Source: Cenococcum geophilum (taxonomy: Eukaryota). From it: 64,000 nt of DNA. The translations under genes were made by a program, and so were the position numbers. The notes below the pieces were generated by a model that saw nothing but the letters and a program-made list of their open reading frames with translations, did not search any database and was not told where the DNA came from. Each line of letters opens with the position of its first letter. The stretch's first letter is position 1. The DNA is taken from assembly GCA_050273025.1 (NCBI GenBank), contig CP158636.1:4836001-4900000 (forward strand), given 5' to 3'. Shown here in pieces: positions 24,931 to 38,328 of the stretch.

Positions 24931-26429
24931 ATGCGAAGACGCTAACAACAGCATTCTTTTATTTTCGTTCCCAGAGAAAAATGAACAGAGTCTATGTTTA
25001 GACGTAGGGCCGTGGGAAAAAAATTTGGCGTCAACGTATATTATATTGCAATGAGTTCTTGACGTCCGCAAACGTGAGTATTCTGTGTTTCAGCGTGGTG
25101 TTCCAGGCGTTCCCCTGTTTCTATTCTGGTTTTGGTTATTGACATTTCCGCTGTTTCCGTTCAGCGTTCAAGCATATTGTTTTCATTTCCATAGGTTTGC
25201 TTATTGCCGTTTTGATTGCGTTTCAGCATTATCCCGTTCAATTGCTGACGTCAAAAAAAGAGGGTTTTTAGAAATGAAAGCATGTAGCATTCTAATAAAT
25301 ATCTCTTGGCTAATTTTATCTTTATGAGTGTGTCTAGTTTGCTTCGTTGCCATATTGTGAAGCAAATCCCTATTCATAAGCCAGGCTGGCTTGCTAGAGC
25401 ATAAAAAAGTTGGCTTATTGCGTTATCCGCTGCAAGCACCTACTCTCGCGGCCAGCAATTTTTCGTGTCTCACTACAACGGCATCACTAAATAGCCCATC
25501 GTATATTCAGCCGCTGGAAGCACGACTAGTAGTGTTCCAAGTGGATGGAGTTACTTTCGACCGAGTGGCGATCACGAGCTTCGTCGTCAGCCTTTCGCCA
25601 CCTACCTCGTGTATATATAGAGGTTCTATGTAGATCTTATTAACTAGTAACTCACACAAAAGGTGTTAAATGACGTCTTTTTGACGTTTTTTTGACCATA
25701 GTATGAATGTTAATGCTTGGCAATACGTACGGCAAATATTAAAGCTATGGTAATTGGATTATGCTTTCCTCACTTTAATCTCACTAGGTCCAGACTCTGG
25801 AGCTCTAGAGCCTCTATAGAACTATATGCGGAGACTCCACGTGGAGTTGATATATGGAGGCTCCATTATCTCCATCCACTTAGAGCACTAAGCACGACAT
25901 TGTAGATTATTCCTAACACGGCTCTCGAAAGAGTTGGTCAAAAATTCCTTTGATCTTAGGTTTGAGAAGTTATTATACGTACCTTTGGTTCTATTATTTC
26001 GCTTATTAAGCATGCCTTTGCACGATGAATATGTATTTTGTAAGTCGGTGATGACAGGTACTTGGCCCTTAAGCCTTGTTTAGCACAATACATTAGAATA
26101 CCAACGTCTCTAAAAAGTATAAAGTGATATTAATGTTTCGGATTTCCTCTTTTGAATATTTTTAGAGAAACTCCTAGTAGAACACAGCCATTTAAAGTCA
26201 AATCGTAGTGAGCTATCTAGATAGGCTTCGCAATATTCAGAACATTGTACGTCTCTTCAACCTCGAAACTCGGCGCATGACTCGGTAAGCCAAAATACAT
26301 ATAATCGTTACGTGGCAAAACAACCCAGTGCAAATATTACTAAAAACAGATCTTAATCAACATATTCGCACCTTATACAAATAATGGCGGAGTGCCTGCA
26401 AGACTGAAATCTACTAATTTAATTACTCT

Positions 26430-28001
26430 TTATAGTTTCGCTTTTTCTCTTGGTCCGACTAATGGGTCGTAGACCCCTAAACCTAAAGTATCTACTGGCA
26501 CGGTTGTGTTATGTATGCTCAACCCCCTCGTATCCACCAAAGTTGGATTGAGCTCCTCCACGCTCGAACACCCGATCAACCGCATATCCATCTCCATCTC
26601 TTGTTGCAATAGACTCATTGCTCTATCAACGCCTGGCAAGCCGTACGCTGACATTGCGTATAAGAACGGTCGTCCAATACCGACTCCTTTAGCACCAAGA
26701 CACAAAGCCTTAATAATGTCAGTGGCACGCCTTACTCCTCCATCGACATATATCTCGATTTTCTTTTCCCAGCCGCGTTCACGGAGTGCGGGCATCACTT
26801 CAGCTAGAACTTCGATGCCTGAGCGAGCGAAGTCGAGTTGGCGACCACCGTGATTGGATAAGACAACGCCATGAACACCAACTTCAATTGCACGGATGAC
26901 ATCTTCAACTCTTTGTACGCCCTTGAGAATGATGGGCATCTTGGTAATGCTAAGAAACCATGGAATGTCCTTCCAGCTGAGAGAAGGGTCGATGAACGAC
27001 GAGATTGCGCGAGCGGCGCCTTGACTCCTGTCAACATCTTCACCGGACGTTGATTGCACGTTGGAGCCAACGTCTGAAAATTTGGAACGCATGTCCTTTT
27101 CCCGGCGACCGAGCTGAGGTGCGTCAACCGTGATGAAGAGACCTCTGCAGCCGCGGCGCTCGGCGTGCTGCACAATGCTTTTGGTAATATCACGGTTCTT
27201 GTTGACGTAGAGTTGCAGCCATTGAACCTGCCCTGGTTCTGCAGCATCTATTATCTCATCAAAAGAACAGGAGGCGAGCGTCGGAATCATCTGGATTACG
27301 TTATGCTTTCTTGCACCGCGTGTGAGAATTACTTCGCCCTCTGGGTTCCCCAGCTTTCCGAGAGCGGTGGCTGTAACGTAAAAGGGAATATCAACTTTTG
27401 TACCAAGCATGGTAGTAGAGAGATCGATGTGTTCGACGTCTTGGAGGATCCGTGGCCGAAACCAGATTTTGTGGAACGCGGAGTGGTTTTCTCGCATTGT
27501 CTATAGCATACATCAGTATAAACATCTGCAGAATCCTCGGGTAAATGAAAAGCTTACTATCTCATCATCCGCACCACTCGAATAGTAAGCCCACGCAGTC
27601 TTCTTCATGACTTTCTTGGCAACCGCCTCGAAATCCATCAAGTTATAGCATTGTTCCAAGATTGGCATTCTCTTTATTCTTTCCTGCCGCTCCTCTTCAT
27701 CTGGGTCTTCCTTCTTTACCTCTTTTTTAACCGTTTTCATGTCCACTTCTCCTAGATGCTTCGACTTGTCGAGGTACTTGTCTAGCGTGTCCGGGGGGTG
27801 GATTGGCTCATATTCGTCAGTGGCATCTTTGCCAGCGTATTTGAGAATGATCCTAGGCCCACCAGGATGCTCAGGTAGGAACTCGGTTACATTGTAGGCA
27901 CGCCCATGGATGATGACCCAACATGATTCGCGTGAGTTGTGCTTTGCGACTTCGGCCCCCGTGAGCTTACGTGGTTGCGTGTTGTTGCTGTCGTGATTCA
28001 T
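26430..28001 (-). CDS. CYB2: Cytochrome b2 / L-lactate dehydrogenase (cytochrome b5 + FMN-dependent dehydrogenase)
   Basis: HPGG heme motif, SNHGGRQLD, DGGVRR; intron 27501-27557. Confidence 0.95.
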
Positions 28002-28859
28002 GGTGGCAAGCTGACGGTAGATGTGAAGGCGGAGAGCCTCAAGAGCGACAGCTGGCCGTGTAGAAAGACTGATTAAAAGTGATCGTAGTGTCAACTGATG
28101 CTGGAGAGAGGCAGGAAAGTGTCGCGGAATGGTTGTGGTTTTTTTTATTTCATCCGGGCAATGATCCTTATTCCCAGGAGAGGATGTGTGATGACGGCAG
28201 GCCTATGCATGCAAAAGTTCCCCACTGGGCAATTGTTCCCCACATTGAATCATGCAAGGCGCGGGGAGGAAGACCAACCAGCAGCGAAGAGGCTAAGGAC
28301 TAGAAGAACCAGCTACATAATTTTTACGACGCTCTGAACAGCATTTGGCTTGGATATACCAATTAATATACTAACACACTAACACACTGACTAGCACGCA
28401 CCAGGCTACGCTACTTCTCTGTGTCGGCTTGGGGATAGGATCCAAGAAGTCGTCACATGGTCATTCATCGGCCGGGGCGGCTAGGATCACGGCCGTCACT
28501 CCCGTTAACCCAGAATATCACCAACCCGAATGCACGGACTTCGGGCCTGTTGACAGAGGCTCGCACCCTTCACTACGTCCCGCGGAAACACTACCCCACC
28601 AAGTCTGGCTACACAGACAACATCCCACCTACTACAAGCCATGCAAGTGGTAACTTATGTGCCCAGCATCGCACCTTCGTTTCTCCCCTCTTGCGAAACG
28701 GACCTGTCGGCCCCATCGTGGCGCTGCCGCTCTGCGCTCAGCCTCTCTTAGGGCCACCAATTCCTAGTGTGGACGTACACACCCCTTAGATTCAGGTATA
28801 CAAAAGCCGCCCGACACTGCAAACCCTACAGAATAATTAACTCTGAAGTCACAGCCACT

Positions 28860-29920
28860 ATGTCTAACAGCCTCGAAGCTAAAATCGTCGTCTTGGGTTC
28901 GCAGGGCGTAGGGAAAACATCCCTAGTGCATCGCTATGTGAAGAATGCATTTACGCCTCCTACAACTACTTCAACGATAGGCGCATCATTTCTTACTAAA
29001 AGAGTGGTGGACATCGACACGTCTACGGTAGTACGGCTGCAAATATGGGATACCGCGGGGCAGGAGAGATTCAGATCGATATCAAAGCTATATTATAGAG
29101 GTACGCTTCAAGTTCAACTCATGCGGCCAGTGTTGTTCACGGATGGACGGAAAACATATTTGTGCAAAACTTTCCATAAAAGCCCCCGAAGCTCATACTT
29201 TTCTTATACACAGGCGCAAATGCGGGCGTACTCTGCTACGACATCACGGACCCCTATTCCTTCGAGGAAATGGGCCGCTGGCTATGCGAGCTCAAGCAAA
29301 ACCTCGGCGATGACATAATACTCCATGTTGTCGGCACAAAATCTGACATAGTCGCCGAAGATCCTTCCAAGCGCAAAGTGCCTTTTGAGCGCTGCATTGC
29401 CTACGTGGCAGAAAACCTCTACCCGTCACAGAATCAGTCGCAAGCCACACCCCCTATATCCTCGTCGGTTTGGGGCAGCGCAGGAACTGGAAGCGGGAAT
29501 GGAGGACAGAATGGTGGCGTAGCATCCCCACAGAGTAATCGATCGAGTGGGTTTTGGGGCCAAGATATTGGATGGGACTGTTGCCACGAGATCAGCGCCA
29601 AGGACGGTGAGGGCGTTGAGGAAGTCTTTAGAGTTATCACGCGAAAACTAGTCGAACAGCGGAACAAACGTTTGGAACAGGAACAGAAGTTTTTAGCTCA
29701 AGTTGGCACAACTCTAGGTATGAGCGGTGCTAATGGCTACTATGATTACCCCAGCGCAGATGGCAATGGAAGTTTTAAGGTTGGCACGGGAGATAAGAGG
29801 AGAAGCTGGCTAGGATTTCCAACTGCGCCGACCGTCGGCAGCGCAGGTATGGGGAGAGAAGAAGACTGGGATACTGAAGTCGACAGGATGCACAAAGGTA
29901 AGGGAGGGAAGTGCTGTTGA
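28860..29920 (+). CDS. Rab-family small GTPase (Rab5/Rab21-like)
   Basis: GSQGVGKT, TIGASF, WDTAGQERF, TKSD, SAK and C-terminal CC; intron ~29101-29213. Confidence 0.93.
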
Positions 29921-30430
29921 CAGTCTTTGAGTTCGGGATATGCTTATCGTTCTCTTTGCATTTCAATTTACGTCTTACGTCACGATTCCCTACATAGGCA
30001 GAAACGGGGAACTTTTTATTATGTATTCTACATTAGGGCCATGGAGCATGCTCTCATTTCCTCATCGTTGTCTTTGTACTATTTCCTTATGTGGCATTGC
30101 GCATCTGGCTGGGATTGGGAGCATTTCACACAGCTGGGCCTTGTGGGAGTTTAGGTGATTTCTTCACTGCATTATTTTGGCTATTTTGAGATATCCCTGA
30201 GGCGCGCAAGCGCATGATTGGTCGAGTGTGTAGTGTATATTTCAAGTTCTCAATCAACTATCAAATCCCGATTAACTCATGCTACTGAGTTCACAGCTTC
30301 AACTGGTATTGGATACTTTGTGATCTTGACAAGCTTGCCGATGCTTACCAGTTGTTAGAATGTTGGTGTGTGGTTTGCTGACGTCTGACTGAAAATCCCA
30401 AGAACAAATTTGAATTTATCCCTTCCCCGC

Positions 30431-31145
30431 TTACTTGCTGTCTCCACCAGCACTGACAAATTGCACAAGCAGAAACAATCCTAGAACCCACCAGTACCTA
30501 AAGCAACATTACTATTAGCTCCCATCCTGATCAAAGCCAGAAGATCATATCTAGTCTCGTAGAGCAAAGACCCATAACTCACTTCTGTAGAAATGTCTTC
30601 TCAGGCTCCTTCCCCTCCAGCCTACCCTCCGCATCCAACACAACCGGCTTATTTAGCGTAGGCTGTGGTGCCTGCGTTCGCCGCATAACCTCGATATCAA
30701 CTTCCTCTACCTTGCCCTCCGCTCCCTTTCCCTTGCTGTTGCTGTCACCATTGGTGTTCGTCTTACCCCACCCACTTGTTGCAAGCCCAACGTGATAGAC
30801 GTCACCCCTCTCATCCACATGTAGGATTAACTTCTTCCGGTACTCATTCGTGAAGCTCGCAGCGGAAGTTACTACGCCTTTCCATTCTGAAGTGGCCGGG
30901 TCATAGAGCCCGATACGAAGGAAATGGGAAGGAGTGTAGGCACCCGTTGGAGGGGTATATGATTTCAGCGACGCGACTGAGGTGCTGGCATCGAAAGCAA
31001 TTTGCGCTAGAGGGGTAGGGGTTGGGAGGGCTGATAGGGAGGAGCGGTCGGGTTGAGTGGAATGGATAGGATGGACGTATATTGTTATAGTTGAGGAATA
31101 TGCTGTAAGCGCAAGGGGTAAGAAAAGAAGACTACTGAGCCACAT
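30431..31145 (-). CDS. EMC10-like ER membrane complex subunit
   Basis: Signal peptide; P.LNKPVVL...PEKTFLQK/YWW followed by a C-terminal TM helix across one intron. Confidence 0.75.
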
Positions 31146-31602
31146 TGTCAGAATAGATGGGTTGAAGCGACACAAGTATCAAATGTTGTGTAAAGTGACT
31201 GGTAGGGCTGACGGAATCTGGGAAAACCTTTTACCGGTTATTCTTGTCTCGGATTTCCTGTTTGGGGGCCATGGAGATTTGCAGGGCGGGTTGCCCGGAG
31301 CGTTCTTTCGCCAACCAATTATGACTGCTGCCACACCTGGACAGTCCTGATGCAAGTGCTTTTAAGTACGATCAGTTTTCTACCTTCATAGCTATGCTAA
31401 ACTCGGTACTCATAACTCCACCCCACCTCCGATAGATCGGCATATGATCTCATCCCGCAGCTCGATTCGCTTTTACTCTCAACACTTTTGTGAGAGAATA
31501 AGATCAGGGAGCTTTAACTATCGTTTCCTTCTTCGCGCTTCCTCTTTCCTGTATTTCTCTAGGTTCATTCGAGGCTCAGAGAACTAGATATAACTGAACA
31601 AA

Positions 31603-33581
31603 ATGGCCACCCATAATCAAATGCCTTTTCGCCAGCCAAACCAGCAGCCGTCACGGCAGCTTTCAACAGACCCGCGTAATGAGCTCCATCCGCATGTGGA
31701 GCACTATATTGGTGTTGATGTCGGCACTGGCAGTGCAAGAGCTTGCATCATGAATGATCAGGGCGATATTGTTGGTCTGGCTTCTGAAAATATTGGCTTG
31801 TGGCAACCTCAGACGGGTTACTATGTATGCATGCCGTAACTTTGAAGCCAGGCAGTTGGCAGACAATGACAGCAATGATAATGCTTCGAGCAGGAGCAAT
31901 CCACTACCGACATTTGGCGATGCATTTGTTCCTCTATCCGCAGAGCAATGGACCAGCACAATATTGACAATAGCACGATTCGAGGTATTGGATTCGATGC
32001 TACCTGCTCTCTCGCCGTTTTCTCTCACGATAACGATGAACCTGTCTGCATCACTGGCCCAAACTTCGACAACAAAGATGGGAATGACCGTAATGTTATT
32101 CTCTGGCTGGACCACCGTCCCGTTGACGAGACCAATAAGATCAACGCCACAAACCACAATTTGCTCCGTTACGTGGGGGGTAAAATTTCAATTGAGATGG
32201 AAATCCCGAAAGTATTGTGGCTGAAAAACAACATGCCTAGGGAGTTATTCAACCGGTGCAAGTTCTACGACTTGACGGATGCTCTTACGCATATGGCTAC
32301 TGGGAGTGAAACGAGGAGTTTTTGCAGTGTAGTCTGCAAGCAAGGCTTCGTGCCTGTTGGCGTTGATGGTAGTGTCAAGGGGTGGCAGGAAGACTTTCTC
32401 ACCGAAATTGGTTTGAAGGATCTATGTGAGGACAACTTCAAGAGGATGGGCGGTGTGGATACAGTGGTGATACTCCGTAATTCTTTCGGTCAAGAATTAT
32501 GTCGCTAATACTTGGCTTACAGAACGGTCGATACTTAACTGCTGGCGAGCTGGTTGGTACCCTTAGCGAGAAAGCTGCCCAAGAAATGGGGCTACCACCA
32601 GGCATTGCCGTTGGCAGTGGGGTAATCGACGCCTATGCTGGGTGGATTGGGACCGTGGGTGCGAAGGTGAAGTTGGACGGAGATACCTTGAACTCGGATG
32701 TTGCCAAAAACGACGTTGCTCAAGCATTTACACGGCTAGCCGCTGTTGCTGGAACTTCCACATGCCATCTTGCCATGTCTGAGAAGCCGGTGTTCGTAAA
32801 TGGTGTCTGGGGACCGTATCGTGACGTCTTGATACCCGATTTTTGGATGGCTGAAGGCGGACAGAGCGCCACTGGAGAACTGCTTAAGCATATTATTGAA
32901 ACTCACCCGGCGTTTCATGAGGCTCAGTCTGTCGCTGAGACTTTCAACACAAATATCTACGACTACCTTAACGAACATCTCCGTGGGATGGCCGAGAAAG
33001 AAAAGGCACCCAGTATTAGTTGGTTGGGGCGTCATTTCTTCTTCTACGGTGACCTCTTTGGCAACCGATCGCCTATTGCCGACCCTAACATGAAAGGCGC
33101 TGTCATTGGGCTAAGCTCTGACAAGAGTTTGGACGGTCTTGTCCTCTATTACTACGCCACTATGGAGTTTATTGCACTTCAGACACACCAGATTGTGGAC
33201 GTCATGAATAAATCGGGCCACATCATCTCCTCAATCTTTATGTCCGGCTCTCAATGCCAAAATGATGTTCTCATGCAGTTAGTCGCTGCAGCCTGCGACA
33301 TGCCAGTGCTCATCCCAAGATATGTCCACGCAGCCGTCGTGCATGGTGCTGCTATGTTGGGTGCAAAGGCTGCGAGCACGGATAAGGAAGGAAGGAGTGA
33401 GCCGCTATGGGATATCATGGATAGGTTCAGCAAGGCGGGCAAGATGGTGAAGCCAACAACTGACGATGGCTTAAAGAAGCTTCTTCGAACTAAGTATAAT
33501 GTATTTTTGGAGCAGTGCGAGAGCCAGCAAAGGTATAGGAAAGAGGTTGACGAAGCAGTTGCTGGATGGATGAAGAAGTAA
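31603..33581 (+). CDS. FGGY-family carbohydrate kinase (D-ribulokinase-like)
   Basis: YIGVDVGTGSARA, GFDATCSL, WLDHR, GTSTCH, EGGQSATG, GNRSP; two introns. Confidence 0.93.
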
Positions 33582-33968
33582 TACAGGAAATCATTTTTAC
33601 CAGTGGCCGGATCCTGTTTTGTCAAGCAAATATCCAAGATCGATGGGAACAGGTATAGAAGAGAACCCGAGAAAAAAACGTGTAGACAAAATTCCACCCA
33701 CGGTAAATTCTAGCCATTATTTTGAATAGTAATTGGGCACCATTTATGGTTGCGACTTCGGTGACTTTTGCATGTGGCTACCAGGTCAAACTGCCGAGGT
33801 TGATAACACGTCTTATTGAAAGGAGGAATATACATCGGCTCCTGGACTCCTGGGCATCTTGGGCGCGACAGTATACTCGGAGGATGCTGAGCCCTTCCTC
33901 GCCCTTACAAATCCAGCTAGGATTTTCTTCTGGGTTATCGACGTCCTTCATACAAAGGCAATGCCATC

Positions 33969-35708
33969 ATGTCGTCCACCACCCCCTCGTCGTCGTCATC
34001 CCCTAGTAAACCCGAAAACATTGACCCCATCCTCCGCAATGCGCTTAGGTACACGGTGAGCGCAAAGGAATACAGACTTCTGCATCAGTATTTGATCTCG
34101 CGCGCACCTGCCGTGCGGAAGAGAACGCCTCCTCCACCGCGGTATGACGCCATAATTAAAACCACCGATGATTATAATGCTGCAGCCATCCGTGTATCAC
34201 TGCGGCTTGGTTTATCGACCTTTGCAAGCCTCAAAGCTTGGGAACTGCTCACGACAAAGATTCTGGCTCGTGGAAAGCCTCTACCGTAAGCCCTGTACAC
34301 AATGGAGTCTGCGACTATGCTAACTGCCCCTGTCCAGTCCAAGAGCGAGAGCTCTTTGGAAATCACCAAACGTGCGTTTGCCATGCGCTTTATCCTTGAT
34401 TCTCCTCTTTCACCGACTCCTCCACCGCTTCTTCACGCGTCTCCGCGAGAGCCTTCTCACGGATGAAGCGAGGCCCTTCCGCCGGCGCAATCCACGCGTC
34501 TCAAAGTCTTTGACCTCGAGACTTGCGCCTCCTATTGGTGCAAGTTTAGCAGGCTTCTTTCTCGCAATATACCCGGCCGATCAACTGCGCATTACTATTA
34601 CCATATATATGCTTACTAGGGCGCTAGAGTTTCTGTACAATGGCTTGGAGGACGACGGATGGTTTCAAAACCGTCCATGGTGGTTTGGTTCATGGCTGTT
34701 AATGCCAGCGGCATGTGGACAGCTCCTGCACGCTTTCGTGTTTGATAGGGACTGCTTCCCGGAAAGTTATGGCAATTTCATCCTGGGAAACTCTCCTGAG
34801 TACATCCAGAAGAGACCGAAGAGCTACCCAAAGCATCTAAAGTGGCCAAACACATTCGAAATTGTGGATAGCTTGGCGGAGATATCCCGATTACGTTGGC
34901 CGTAAGTTCCCCAGAATAACGCCTTTTGCATCACATTATTAACTTTTGCAGGGTTTTCACTTCCCCAATTCTCTTCCCCGCCTCTGAGACACTCCCAAAG
35001 ACCGTTACCTCTATCTCTCCCATAACCGCGCCTGCTCATCCAGCCATTAAGTCTCTCTCCTGTGCCCTCCTGCATCCAAAAGACCCTTCATGCCTCCGTA
35101 CGTACATATCTTACTATGTTCGTGCATTCCCCGTTGTCGCCCGCTTCGTCACCATAATTTTCACCGCCTTGAGCTTCACCCAATACAAGTCCTTCCTAGC
35201 GTCCCCGGTTTCAAAGCTCAATCAGCTTGTGAAGAGTACTCTTCGCATGAGTCTATTTATTACGGGCGCTATTGGGACAAGCTGGGCCTCCATCTGCCTC
35301 TTCCAGCACACCCTCCCACGCACCTTTCTACCAACGCAACGCTGGTTTCTTGGCGGCTTCTTGGGTGGTATGTGGGCTTTCCTTGAGCGCAAGTCCGGTC
35401 GAAGTAACTTCATGGATTCAGCTCGCCTGAGCATAGACTCTCTATGGAAGGTCGGCGTCAAGCATGAGTGGTGGCGGGGCGTCAAAAACGGAGACGTCTT
35501 AGTTCTTGTGATGAGTCTAGCTCTAGTGAATACAATTTACGAACTCAATCCGAAGGCGGTTAGTGAAGGCATCATGAGGAAAGGATTGGGCATGTTAAGG
35601 GGGGAAGGTTGGGTTGATAGAGCTGTAAGTGCAGGAGGGACCAGGGACAAGAGACTAATTGAGAGAGACCAGAAACCAGAGGGTGCGCAGATCGAGGGGA
35701 AAGAATGA
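33969..35708 (+). CDS. TMEM135-like integral membrane protein
   Basis: Three exons; GQLLHAFVFDRDCFP and LSCALLHP..SC motifs; multiple TM segments. Confidence 0.75.
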
Positions 35709-38328
35709 TAATGGTGCATTTATACTTCAATCATTTCAACCAAGCAGCATTATTTAAGTAGCGTACGCAGTAATAGCTTTCCCCTAGTGTCTTCCTTGCC
35801 AGGATCTTTTCTCGGCTGAGGCTTCTGCTTTATGTAACTTATCATATTTGGTATGCCTAGAGGAACAAATATTAGCGCACCATCTTGGCGATCAAACGGT
35901 ACAATTTTATATCTTTAAAGTAATAAGCACGACCATTTTGACGTATTTTAACGTATTTTTGGGTATAAATCCGCGCGATTTGATCTGCGCGATCAACACG
36001 CGCTTTCAACGGATGTGCCAAGGTGGTGTGGGATATGCATGAAGATAAAAATAGAATTTGTGCCTGGGCAAAGCTGTACTAACTTCCAATCAGTACCAAT
36101 CATGACGATTCTCGCACCGCCAAGCCGACACAGTGTATCATTTAAGAACCCACGTCTTCAACGGCCTGCTCCGTCTCTCTCACAGCGCTCTAGAATAGAG
36201 GGGAAACTTAGTCTTCTGTCATAGCATTATTCAATCTCTCTAAGTAGTTTCCTTCGAGAAAGGCCAGACTCTGCTTAAGTAGGCAAAGTCATCTGACGAT
36301 ACGAGCTTTCCAAAGGCAGCCGAACCAAAGACTGGGCAGGCGGGCAGCCTCTTGGCTCGGTGACGTGCACGGGCCAGTCACGGGCCACCTTGTAGATATC
36401 TTCTCGAGCGATCGAGCCCCATAGATTCTTCCTTCCTTATAGAGCCTCTCCTATATATTCCGCGCCACGCGTAGTCAGTGATCCGGTACTTTTGATACGA
36501 CGAAAAGCTCGTTTTCCCCTGTGGTTAAAGGGGGCAAGCTCAAATCTACCTGAACCAAGCCCAGGAGCTGGGGCTGAAGCGGCTTGGTTACAGCTTGCAC
36601 GAGCTCAAGTGTCCCCTCCCCTCGTGTGTGCGCACAACACACACAGCAATTCCGCTTTGTATGCACTAGAGAATTTCAAGTTTAACTCTTATAATTAAGC
36701 TTAAAAAGTTAAAGGTTTGCCTTTCTTACGGGTGCACAGCTCTTTTGGCAAGCGCATAGTGTATATGTAGGACGGTGCACTTGACTAGTAGCATTCACTA
36801 TTTTGATTCGATAATTTCGCACATGTGCATTGATTCGTTCTCTGGTTGGCGTTGAGAAATTCCCCGGCCCCGCATGTCTTTTAGGTTTTGATTTGCGTGT
36901 AAACCCATTTAATTCACTTCTTGGCTCATTTAACTTTCATATATTTGTGGTACGTCAGGTAAAAATTGCCGCCCAGTCCTACCAAGATTTCCGACCCTCC
37001 GTTTCTAGCATTGGGGAATTTCCTGTCTAGTTTGAGATGTCGATTGATATTACTGCTCCAAACGTGTTTCCCTTTCTTCCCGCCTTGATCGAAGATTTCC
37101 ACTTGAATAAAAATGATCAGAAACATAATCTGAGGCGCGGCTAGTCTAGTCGTTGAATATACATACAAGCCTTTACAGCTTTCGCTAAATAAAAAAAAGG
37201 TTTTTCTAAACATTCCGCTAAGAGGCTTGAGGTCTAGTTAAAGGGTATAATTACGAAATGTTAGAAAGCACATTAGTAGATGTTAAACTCCACGCCTAGA
37301 TCGCTTATAAATTTTGTTCCTACAGGCATTCGTATAAGCGTTTGTGCAGGTATTTGTAGAGACCTTTTAGCATATTAGTGCTGCGTATTAGTAGAGCTTC
37401 AGGGTTCCGTAGAGAGCTTTGTATAGAGCTCATAGAGCTTTCGTCAGCAAACTGTTCATGCCCCCTGGCAGTTGGCAGGCTCCTAATAGCTCCTATTAGG
37501 GCTGCTAGGAACTCCAGAAGACATTTACTGTCAGGTGTGAGACATTAAGACAGAATGCAGAAGTATATAGACACGAAGCCCTGCCTATCACGTGCTTCGC
37601 TTAAGGCTATGAATCCTCCTTTTCCCTCAAGGATTCGTCTGTATATAGAATCAAGCCCCTTTTGCCTTATATTTGAGCTCCCTACCGTTTACCATCACAT
37701 TCTGTTGGTTAGGGGGGTTAGGGCATCCACAGGAGCTTCCTGAGATCACGTGATCATCGCTTGTATATATTCTCATCCTTTGTGACTACTCCACCTTATG
37801 GAGTCCTCACACACCATACACCTGTGTCCCCGCGTGACGCATTCGAATTCTTTCTAATTCCGCCAGGGAGGTAGCCAGCTTAAAATTAGCCCCTATTATT
37901 AACGCCCCCAACTGATGCAAATGATGGCGCCTAGGGCCTGCAAGGGGTTGGGTAGGTGTGGGTAACACCACCTTACTCCCTACCCAATCACGGAGTGGGT
38001 ATATGAAAAATCGTGCACCTAAAATAATTTATAAGACACATGCCTTTAGGGTAGCGGCTTCAGTATGTAATTTTTCAGTATAAAGCATCCCATCCGTAGA
38101 ACCTGTTAGTGCTCCGGAACTGGAGGATGACAACTGGGGGATCAGTCTGTTTCGAACGAATCAGACCCAGAGGCCAAGACTTGTTTGATGCGGGGTTCAC
38201 AGACATGAGGTCTTAAATCGTCACCGGAAGCCTCCAAGGTGTTGAAACACTCGATTTAGAAATATCATTGTCATCCGAGCAACCAGCGTTGACTTACTAT
38301 CTCTGGACTCTCTTGGGCACCTCCCATT

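Noticed and set aside
26506..27506. Antisense and alternate-frame ORFs over CYB2 (and likewise over other genes)
   Set aside because: Shadow ORFs of well-supported coding sequences.
37705..37724. GGTTAGGGGGGTTAGGG as an interstitial telomere or template
   Set aside because: Only two imperfect units with no supporting structure.
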